64,000 nt of DNA from an uncultured Piscirickettsiaceae bacterium. GTDB taxonomy: Bacteria > Pseudomonadota > Gammaproteobacteria > Thiomicrospirales > Thiomicrospiraceae. The stretch spans positions 307 to 64,306 of the forward strand of contig CAYRSN010000003.1 in the NCBI GenBank assembly GCA_964427185.1, read 5' to 3'. Both the position numbers and the translations under genes were made by a program. This document shows, in pieces, positions 52,334 through 60,018 of this stretch (position 1 is the first letter of the stretch; every line of letters starts with the position of its first letter). The notes under the pieces were generated by a model. It saw only the letters and a program-made list of their open reading frames with translations. It searched no databases and was not told the origin of the DNA.

Positions 52334-53510
52334 CCAAACGCAGAATCAACAGACGGCCGGATTCCAGCTCTCGCTTCAACTGACCTGCGCCCACATAATG
52401 CTGCTTTAGCGCATAATACAAAGAGGTCGCATCCGGCATCCCTTTGAGGCGTACTAAATAACTGACTGACCGCTCACCTGCTTTCAGACGCTTGAGCTGG
52501 GTCGGTTTAAGAGCTCGCAAGGCCTGATACAGCTGCATCTCCTGCGCCTCTGCCTGCTGAGGATTCAGGCTGGCTACCAATTTATACCAGATACCCTGTG
52601 TCGCTTGTTGCTGCCACACCTTTAGCAACCGGGCGGTTAAGACACTGGCTGCATCATTCGCTGCCTCCTGCACCAAAGCTTCACTGGCCGTCCCTACACG
52701 CTTGGGTGAGTAGCCCGTAGCACTGCCCAATAGCTGAGCGGATGCCGTCTCATAAGCACGTGCCTGTACACTGGCCTGTGCACCTTCTACCCCCTTGTCA
52801 CGAAAATGCTGCACCGATGCCTTAACTTCCACATAAACATCCGCACCCGTTTTAGAAGCCAATAAAAACATGGGATCCACCTGACCGTTCAGCCGAGCCA
52901 CCTTTTCAATCAGATGGGTGTTTTTATCGCTGGTGTTTTTATCCACCAGAGAAAACCCCTGATTGACCAACTGCTGTTCCAGCACATTAGCAGCAGCCTT
53001 CGCCTCAGGTGACACGGAAAGCACTACCACACTGGGCAGGCCAATCTCACTATTTAATTGGGCATTGTCGGCCAATACGCCATCTGATTGAAGCTGCTCT
53101 TGAAGCAATTGTGTGTCAATAGCTACTCTAAATTTCAAGTGCACACGGCCTTGTTCATCCACTTGTTTGGAAAGAGGGCTGGACAAATAACGCACATATT
53201 CATCCACCTGACGGTAATATTTTTTAGCTAAGGATTTAAAACGTGCTCTGGCCTCAGGTGTGTTCAATAATCTTTGCTGACCCGCATGGAGAGCCGCCCA
53301 AAGCGCAGCTTTTTTGGCATCCTGGCGGGCTTGAGTAATGTTTTCACCCACTCCCCATACTTCATAAAGAAGACGCCCTGCTGCAGAGACCTCTACCAGC
53401 AGTGCTTGCTTACTTTGGGGGGTAACCGGCTGCTCCCTAACCGTCTGTGAAGCACACCCGGACAAACCCAGCAAAACCAATAGCACAAAACGCAATAGGT
53501 AATGATTCAT
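52302..53510 (-). CDS. Uncharacterised 402-aa lipoprotein
   Basis: The signal plus lipobox is MNHYLLRFVLLVLLGLSGC. AGGTGA lies about 7 nt before the ATG. Ala/Gln-rich alpha/beta segments (EVSAAGRLLYEVWGVGENITQARQDAKKAALWAAL) recall LPP20/FlgT-type folds, but I recognise no defining motif. Confidence 0.6.
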   Translation of the reverse strand: MNHYLLRFVLLVLLGLSGCASQTVREQPVTPQSKQALLVEVSAAGRLLYEVWGVGENITQARQDAKKAALWAALHAGQQRLLNTPEARARFKSLAKKYYRQVDEYVRYLSSPLSKQVDEQGRVHLKFRVAIDTQLLQEQLQSDGVLADNAQLNSEIGLPSVVVLSVSPEAKAAANVLEQQLVNQGFSLVDKNTSDKNTHLIEKVARLNGQVDPMFLLASKTGADVYVEVKASVQHFRDKGVEGAQASVQARAYETASAQLLGSATGYSPKRVGTASEALVQEAANDAASVLTARLLKVWQQQATQGIWYKLVASLNPQQAEAQEMQLYQALRALKPTQLKRLKAGERSVSYLVRLKGMPDATSLYYALKQHYVGAGQLKRELESGRLLILRLDDSTGEMQLD

Positions 53511-53525
53511 CCACTCACCTGACTG

Positions 53526-55295
53526 TTATTGTTTGAAAAAACGGTGCAAAAAGCCCAATGTAGAGAAAGTATGCTGATACCCTACCCCCACGGTCAGACC
53601 TGGAGTGATGGTGGCATCCACTTCAATATCACCTATTCTGGCCTGATTTAACAAGCTGACAGGATATCCCACATATAACCCTAATTGATGTTGGGGACTC
53701 ACAAGGTAGATCAATTCCAACCTGCCCATCAAATCCAGGCTGACATAACCGAATTCATCGCCATTTTCCAGTGATGAGTTTGCAGCAAGGTAATAACCTG
53801 TCACGCCAAAGCCATAGCCTGCGCTCCAGCCACGACCGAGCGTGTTGTGATTGATAAAGTCCATACCCAGCTTAATCCCAATTGGGGTGTCCCAGGACTG
53901 ACTCGACAGCGTTGTTTTTAAATCACCGTCGCCCACGCCAAAAGCCGCATACATAGACAGCCAGCTTTCGCTTAACTCAGGATCATTCTCAAAATAGCCT
54001 CGATCGAAGCGTGCTTGCCAACGCAGCCAGTTGATCTTTTGCTCAGGCTTTAATACGGTAGCGCCATTGATGCTATCAAAGGTGAAGTCCTGAGAAAATA
54101 GATCAACCCCCCAATAGGCTCCCGTCCAAGGCACTTCAGAAAGCCGATCATAAATCTCCGCCTCACCTTTTATAACAATCCACTCCGAAACAGGCTGCTC
54201 GTTCTCCTTAGGTGCAGGAGCCACCTTACGCACTTTGGCCAACCCGACGGTTTGCAACACCCCGTTAATCGAGCGCTGAATGCGATACATTGCATCCATG
54301 CGCAAATCATCCTGCTCGGAAAGCAGTGCGGTAATCGTGCGCCAATCCACAGACTGAACCGTCTGCGCCATATTAAACTGCGGCACTGCTTTTAACTTGT
54401 GAACCAGCTGAATCAGACTGGCGCGCCATGCGCTTTGCAACGCACGCTCAAACAGTTTGTGCAAATCCTGATTGGAAGGAAATGACCGGGTTTTAAGCGA
54501 AGCGCCGATTTCACCGGACTCCCCTTCCAACACCTTAAATAATTTGAAACCGGCAGCAGCACTATCATAGCGGTAAATATAGAGCTTATTACGCAGATCA
54601 AAATCCATATCGCTATCGTAATAACTCCGCTCACCCTGAGGTTTCACATAGGTAATGGTTAACTCGCCCCGTATTGCCGGTTGATACATGGCCATGACAA
54701 ACTGACTGTCCAATAATGTAGAGACCACCTTCATGGGGATCCCTAAAGACTTTGCCTGCGTGCGGATAAAAGTCGCCCGTTCCTGTTCCGACTGTTCACG
54801 ATAGCGTTGCGCCAGAGCGGCTTTTTGCAGTGGCAAAATAAAAGGTGCCAACTGACGGCTTAAGTAGTTTTCCACAGCCTTCTGCCAGGCGGTTTCCGAC
54901 ATTGGTGGCGTGTGCAATGCTTTTAAAGCAGGTGCTGGAATAGCTTTGCTGGCTGATCTTGTCACAATCTTCAACTGCCCAGCTTCCAGCCGAACCACAT
55001 CAAAGCGTTTTTGATACAGCCACTGCATAGCCTGATCACCCAATTGAGTACGCAACGCAGGTGAAAGCGTAAAAACCTGCCCTTTACGCTCGCGACACTT
55101 GCCGTGGCACATCTTTACGCGCACTGGCACACGCGCACTTTCCAAACCAACCTGTGGCAACACCATCACAGCCTGACGCTGATACACACGCTGGGAATCA
55201 TCGGTTTGTTCCACCTTATCTATGGCAGCAGCGGGAAAACTGCCCAATAGATAGCCACATATAGCGATTAACCCCGCCACAATCGTTTTTTTCAT
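53526..55295 (-). CDS. Uncharacterised 589-aa secreted protein with a beta-barrel-like C-terminal third
   Basis: The Sec signal is MKKTIVAGLIAICGYLLGSFPAAA. The last 200 aa or so show alternating aromatic/Gly strands (GWSAGYGFGVTGYYLA, LGLYVGYPV, GLTVGVGYQHTF), as in outer-membrane barrels. GGAAGG lies 6 nt before the ATG. Confidence 0.6.
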   Translation of the reverse strand: MKKTIVAGLIAICGYLLGSFPAAAIDKVEQTDDSQRVYQRQAVMVLPQVGLESARVPVRVKMCHGKCRERKGQVFTLSPALRTQLGDQAMQWLYQKRFDVVRLEAGQLKIVTRSASKAIPAPALKALHTPPMSETAWQKAVENYLSRQLAPFILPLQKAALAQRYREQSEQERATFIRTQAKSLGIPMKVVSTLLDSQFVMAMYQPAIRGELTITYVKPQGERSYYDSDMDFDLRNKLYIYRYDSAAAGFKLFKVLEGESGEIGASLKTRSFPSNQDLHKLFERALQSAWRASLIQLVHKLKAVPQFNMAQTVQSVDWRTITALLSEQDDLRMDAMYRIQRSINGVLQTVGLAKVRKVAPAPKENEQPVSEWIVIKGEAEIYDRLSEVPWTGAYWGVDLFSQDFTFDSINGATVLKPEQKINWLRWQARFDRGYFENDPELSESWLSMYAAFGVGDGDLKTTLSSQSWDTPIGIKLGMDFINHNTLGRGWSAGYGFGVTGYYLAANSSLENGDEFGYVSLDLMGRLELIYLVSPQHQLGLYVGYPVSLLNQARIGDIEVDATITPGLTVGVGYQHTFSTLGFLHRFFKQ

Positions 55296-55328
55296 TATTG
55301 CCTTCCAAAACCCGTTTTAATCAGATAT

Positions 55329-55359
55329 AAAAAAGCCTCTTATCCAATAAGAGGCTTTT
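55329..55359 (-). terminator. Strong rho-independent terminator between the LPP20 gene and the 589-aa gene
   Basis: The minus strand reads AAAAGCCTCTTA-TTGGA-TAAGAGGCTTTT, a perfect 12-bp stem running into TTTTTT. It lies 20 nt after the LPP20 stop and 34 nt before the next ATG. Confidence 0.7.
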
Positions 55360-55379
55360 CATACTCCGAGTCGCAGAAC

Positions 55380-55994
55380 CTACTGCCCTTCACTCATCTG
55401 CTTTGCAATTTCTGCCGCCATTTCATCGAAACTTTGTTTGGCCTTAAACTGTTGCCAAAGTGCACGATCATTGTTATACGAAGTTTTCAATGCCTGCTCA
55501 GTAATCTTTTTGACATCTTCAGGCGTTATGCCAACCAGTACATACATCCGCCCATTCGACCCCACACGGGTTTTGTAAACTTTAGAGCCGACCAGTGTCT
55601 GTGCTGTGATACTTTTCGCCGTACTGCTGGCAACAGCATCTACCGTCTCATCATCATGCATACCTGTGGTACCCAGATACTGCTTTACCATTTTCTGAAC
55701 TTGAACCTTCATCTGCTCAGCCAGCTGACCACGGGCATCCAGCACCGCCTGATCACGCATAAAACTAAGCCCTGCCTTGGATTTTTCAGCGATCCCTACG
55801 GCACTGACCGCAAGCCCCGGTACAGGTTCACTACAAATCCAGCCCGGCGCAGGGGTATTGGTTTCAGGAAATACGCAATCTACCACCGGCTCAGGCGCAG
55901 GTTGAGGTTTTGCTGGTGCCTGCTTTACCTCGCTTGATCCACATCCACTCAATAATGCCGCTGAAACAGCAGAAATCCAAAAAGCTTTTTTCAT
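55380..55994 (-). CDS. LPP20-family lipoprotein (FlgP/Lpp20-like)
   Basis: The lipobox is AALLSGC. APGWI...VSAVGIAEKSKAGLSFMRDQAVLDARGQLAEQMKVQVQ...GSKVYKTRVGSNGRMYVLVGI follows the H. pylori Lpp20 pattern (APDWV ... A.A.A.LA ... VFVLVG). Confidence 0.7.
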   Translation of the reverse strand: MKKAFWISAVSAALLSGCGSSEVKQAPAKPQPAPEPVVDCVFPETNTPAPGWICSEPVPGLAVSAVGIAEKSKAGLSFMRDQAVLDARGQLAEQMKVQVQKMVKQYLGTTGMHDDETVDAVASSTAKSITAQTLVGSKVYKTRVGSNGRMYVLVGITPEDVKKITEQALKTSYNNDRALWQQFKAKQSFDEMAAEIAKQMSEGQ

Positions 55995-56019
55995 TTTTAT
56001 CTCCCGTGAACAAGTCTAA

Positions 56020-56068
56020 AGGCACCTCCGCAAAACCCTGAATTATTCAGGGTTTTGCGGAGGTGCCT
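56020..56068. repeat. 49-nt perfect palindrome (24-bp arms) in the motB-LPP20 spacer
   Basis: AGGCACCTCCGCAAAACCCTGAAT t ATTCAGGGTTTTGCGGAGGTGCCT. I checked every arm position base by base. No U-tract follows on either strand. Confidence 0.9.
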
Positions 56069-56137
56069 AACACAAAGTAACCTTAACAGTAACTTGCCAC
56101 CCTTTCTATTCAAGGTTTTAATTACACACGATAAAGA

Positions 56138-56872
56138 TCACATATTAACCTGCTTAAACTGTCCAGTGACGGGATCAAAACGACGTGTCTTGTCAATTTC
56201 TATCACCACTCTGCGGTTCATTGCACGACCAAACCGGGTGTCATTGGGAGCAACCGGGTCATTGTCTGCACGCCCTTGGACAGTAATCAGCCGCTTATTA
56301 ATATCCATATCCAGAAAAACCCGCGCGACACTGGCTGCACGCGCAGCGGAAAGCTCCCAGTTAGACGGAAACTGTAAGTTATGAATGGGAATATTATCCG
56401 TGTAGCCGGTGATAATAATGGGATAAGGTCGCCCATAAAGCAATTCCGCCACCTGCTCCAGCTCTGCACGTGCCTGATCAGACAGGCTGGCACGCCCAGA
56501 CTCAAAAAAGTGATCGGACTTCAAGACAATGGTGATTTTTTCCGGCGTTTCGCTGATTTCTACGTTTTTGGAGTTTTTCAGCGCTTCTTGAATCTCCTCA
56601 AGGCTTGGGGGAGGTTTGGCCTCTATCACCGAAATAGGAGAGGGAGCCGGCGGAGAAGTATCCTTGCTTTCAATGAGTGTTTCCTGTGGATTGGCACCAT
56701 TTAAATTTTGTAGCGCCGCGGCAAACTCCTGACGTTTGCCAGGCTCTACAATACTTGCCAACCACATAACCAAAAAAAAGGCCATCAATACGGTCATCAT
56801 ATCAGCCAGCGCGATTTTCCACGCTCCGCCATGTGCTTCCTCTTCGGATGGTAAGTTTCGCCTGCGCGCCAT
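56138..56872 (-). CDS. motB: MotB-type stator protein (proton-channel plug/TM plus OmpA-like peptidoglycan-binding domain)
   Basis: [24 protein letters not shown] is colinear with E. coli MotB [23 protein letters not shown] and includes the essential Asp. A Pro-rich linker follows. The OmpA-like C-domain reads GYTDNIP...[13 protein letters not shown]...NRRVVIEI. Confidence 0.85.
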   Translation of the reverse strand: [244 protein letters not shown]

Positions 56873-56873
56873 A

Positions 56874-57716
56874 TCAGTCTGCCTCTGGTTTTCGCATGGC
56901 AGGCGGAATCAAGCGGTCACCCAGTTCACGCAGGAGCTTGGGAGAAACCCCCTGATAAATTGCATCAATCAAGGAAGCCGCCAGTTCAAATACCCCTCTT
57001 TCCTGACGAATCATCACCTCCACCGCATGAGTAAAGGGACCGACCACCGCAAAGGCAAAAAACACCCCTGTCAAAGTACCTACCAGTGCTGCACCAATGG
57101 CTTCACCGATTTTCGCCACATCCATATCTCCACCCAGCAGCCCCATAGCAAGAATAACACCCAGTACCGCCGCCACAATTCCAAAACCGGGCAACCAGTC
57201 TGCCACCTTACCACTGGCGCGCGGCACTTCTTTCAAGGTCTCCATATATTGGTCAATCTGTTGATGCAGCAGCTCTTCAAGACGCTCACCTTTAGGCGGG
57301 TTCAGCAAAATATAGCTGAGATTTTGCGCAATAAACTGTTGTAATTCCGGATAAGCTTGAATAGCTGGGTAATCATTAAAAATTGGGCTGTTATCCGGAT
57401 CAACCAGATGCCGGTCTAACGACAGTATGCCTTCAGAGCGGGCGAGGCGAGCAAGATCATAGAGCAAGTCTCTCGTTTCGTAATACAGCTCACTGCCGAC
57501 CTTCTCACCAGCAAAATAACGCCCTAAAAATACAAAGGTTTTTTTCCAGACACTAATCGGCGTGGCCGCCATCCAGGCACCCAGCGACATCCCTAAAATA
57601 ATCAACAGCTCAGAAGGGTGAAAAAGGCTGGCAATATGCCCTCCGGCGATTAAAAAACCGCCGATCAAAGACGCAAAAACAATTAAGATGGCAATCAGCT
57701 TTGCCGCAATATTCAT
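56874..57716 (-). CDS. motA: MotA-type stator protein (MotA/TolQ/ExbB proton-channel family, MotA architecture)
   Basis: 280 aa. GGFLIAGGHIASLFHPSELLIILG, LPGFGIVAAVLGV and ALVGTLTGVFFAFAVVGP are colinear with E. coli MotA TM1-2, TM3 and TM4. A large cytoplasmic loop lies between TM2 and TM3. The stop is 1 nt from the motB ATG. Confidence 0.85.
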   Translation of the reverse strand: MNIAAKLIAILIVFASLIGGFLIAGGHIASLFHPSELLIILGMSLGAWMAATPISVWKKTFVFLGRYFAGEKVGSELYYETRDLLYDLARLARSEGILSLDRHLVDPDNSPIFNDYPAIQAYPELQQFIAQNLSYILLNPPKGERLEELLHQQIDQYMETLKEVPRASGKVADWLPGFGIVAAVLGVILAMGLLGGDMDVAKIGEAIGAALVGTLTGVFFAFAVVGPFTHAVEVMIRQERGVFELAASLIDAIYQGVSPKLLRELGDRLIPPAMRKPEAD

Positions 57717-57766
57717 GAAAATCCCTTCAGCACCCTTACTTGCTCACCTTCGAGGTAAAGCAACCC

Positions 57767-60016
57767 TCATGCCATATTGGTCTTACAGTCTGTAAAGACT
57801 GTAAGGGTCGAACGTAATGTACGCGGCAGCTTCATTCCTCGTTTACCCCGCTCTGCCATAGCCTCTTCCAGCGCGGCACCTGTCAAAGTTTTGGCATAGG
57901 CTTTTTCTGTCCTGAATGTCAGCCGACATCTCGGCTGCCAGCTGCCCAACGCCTGAATAGACACTTTTTCAGGCAACTGCATCAGCTTGACACCCTTGCC
58001 TCGCGCCAGCTGCGGAAGCTGAATGGCGGGAAACAGTAATAGCCTGGGCTCGGTTGAGACCACAGCGACCCAGTCGTCTTTCGGGCTTAATTTCATCGGA
58101 GATAAAGGGCGAGCATCTGCCGAACAGACCAATGCAGACTTACCATTTCGAGTCTTACTGATCAGGCGTTTAGCCTGCGCCACAAACCCTTGATTAGCCG
58201 TACTGGCAAGCAGTACATAATCATCTGGGTTGACCAGTACCACGCCCACAGGTTGCGCGCCTTCCGGCAAAGTCAACCACTTGGTCACAGGCTCGCCGTG
58301 ACTGCGCGCCGAGGGAAGTTCATGAGTAGGTAAGGCATACACACGCCCGGTGCTGTCCAGCAGCAATGTTGCCATACGGCTGTGACCACTGCTCTGAGCC
58401 AGGAAGCTGTCCCCTGCTTTGTAACTGAGCTTTTCACCTTCCACTTCGGCACCTTTCGCAGCGCGAATCCAGCCATTACGAGATAGCACGACCGTTACTG
58501 GTTCGGCAGGCAGCAATTGCTCTGCACCTAAAGGCTCGGCAGGTGCACGCTCCACTAACGGTGAACGCCGTGCATCTCCATAGGTTTTTCGCACTGCCAG
58601 CAATTCTTTTTTCACCAGTGTTTTTAGACGGCGCGCCGAGCTGAGGGTTTTTTCCAACCTGTCCCGCTCCTGCGCCAGCTCTGCTTGCTCTGTGCGAATT
58701 TTCATCTCCTCCAGCCGTGCCAGATGACGCAGTTTCAGTTCTAATATGGCTTCTGCCTGTGTATCCGTGAGTCCAAAGGTTGTCATCAGTACAGGCTTAG
58801 GCCGCTCTTCTTCACGAATAATGCGAATTACTTCATCAATATTCAAAAAAGCTATCAACAAGCCATCGAGAATATGCAAACGAGCCTTAACCTTATCCAA
58901 GCGGTGCTGAAGGCGGCGACGCACCGTCTCCAGGCGAAAGCACAGCCACTCATTCAGCAGCTGGTTCAGTGGCTTCACCTGAGGTTTACCATTTAGCCCG
59001 ATCACATTCAGGTTGACTCTATAGCTACGCTCCAAATCGGTCGTGGCAAATAGATGACGCATCAACGCTTCGATATCGACCCGCTTGTTTTTTACTTCTA
59101 GTACCAAGCGCACAGGGGCAGTGTGATCAGATTCATCCCGCAAATCCACTACCATGGGTAACTTTTTCGCTCGCATCTGCTCTGCAATTTGTGTCAACAC
59201 CTTGCTGGCTGCCGTCTGAAACGGTAGCGCTTCAATGACAATGTTGACACCCTCTTCTACCTGATAGCGGGCTCGCTGACGCAGGGTACCGTTGCCTTTT
59301 TCATACAGCGCCTCCAGCTGCTCGCGAGGCGTGATAATTTCCGCACCGGTGGGATAATCCGGCCCGGGCAAATAAGCCATTAAATCCGCCACACTGAGAT
59401 CCGGCTGTTCAATCAGTGCCACACAGGCATCAATCACTTCAGTCAGATTATGAGGAGGAATATCCGTAGCCATTCCTACGGCAATGCCGGAGGTACCATT
59501 CAGCAATACATGAGGCACCTGTGCCGGCAGTATGGCCGGTTCCTTCAAAGTGCCGTCAAAGTTGGGCACCCAGTCCACTGTGCCCTGCCCTACCTCCTCC
59601 AGCAGCAACTGAGCAAATGGCGAAAGGCGTGCTTCGGTATAACGCATGGCAGCAAAGGATTTGGGGTCATCAATGGAGCCCCAGTTTCCCTGCCCGTCAA
59701 TCAGTGGATAACGAAAGGAAAAGGGCTGCGCCATCAGCACCATGGCTTCATAGCAGGCGGAATCCCCATGGGGGTGAAATTTTCCCAGCACATCTCCCAC
59801 GGTGCGAGCAGATTTTTTATATTTGGCGCTGGCTTTCAGCCCCAGCTCACTCATAGCATAAATAATACGCCGCTGTACTGGCTTCAGGCCGTCACCAATA
59901 TGCGGCAGCGCCCGATCCAGAATGACATACATGGCATAGTCCAAATAAGCGCGCTCTGCAAATGCGCCTACGGCACGCTGCTCGACCCCTTCGTGATTGA
60001 TGCGCTCCTGTGTCAT
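57767..60016 (-). CDS. parC: DNA topoisomerase IV subunit A
   Basis: 749 aa, colinear with E. coli ParC ([73 protein letters not shown]). The length and C-terminal domain fit ParC rather than GyrA. Confidence 0.93.
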   Translation of the reverse strand: MTQERINHEGVEQRAVGAFAERAYLDYAMYVILDRALPHIGDGLKPVQRRIIYAMSELGLKASAKYKKSARTVGDVLGKFHPHGDSACYEAMVLMAQPFSFRYPLIDGQGNWGSIDDPKSFAAMRYTEARLSPFAQLLLEEVGQGTVDWVPNFDGTLKEPAILPAQVPHVLLNGTSGIAVGMATDIPPHNLTEVIDACVALIEQPDLSVADLMAYLPGPDYPTGAEIITPREQLEALYEKGNGTLRQRARYQVEEGVNIVIEALPFQTAASKVLTQIAEQMRAKKLPMVVDLRDESDHTAPVRLVLEVKNKRVDIEALMRHLFATTDLERSYRVNLNVIGLNGKPQVKPLNQLLNEWLCFRLETVRRRLQHRLDKVKARLHILDGLLIAFLNIDEVIRIIREEERPKPVLMTTFGLTDTQAEAILELKLRHLARLEEMKIRTEQAELAQERDRLEKTLSSARRLKTLVKKELLAVRKTYGDARRSPLVERAPAEPLGAEQLLPAEPVTVVLSRNGWIRAAKGAEVEGEKLSYKAGDSFLAQSSGHSRMATLLLDSTGRVYALPTHELPSARSHGEPVTKWLTLPEGAQPVGVVLVNPDDYVLLASTANQGFVAQAKRLISKTRNGKSALVCSADARPLSPMKLSPKDDWVAVVSTEPRLLLFPAIQLPQLARGKGVKLMQLPEKVSIQALGSWQPRCRLTFRTEKAYAKTLTGAALEEAMAERGKRGMKLPRTLRSTLTVFTDCKTNMA

Positions 60017-60018
60017 GC

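Noticed and set aside
56138-57716. The MotAB pair interpreted as a Zorya-type anti-phage system, or as TolQR/ExbBD.
   Set aside because: ZorA proteins are much longer and have a long C-terminal tail, and ZorAB are accompanied by ZorC/D or ZorE nuclease/helicase genes. None is present here. TolQ/ExbB have 3 TM segments without the large MotA loop, and TolR/ExbD lack the OmpA-like domain. No tolA/tolB/pal or tonB gene is nearby.
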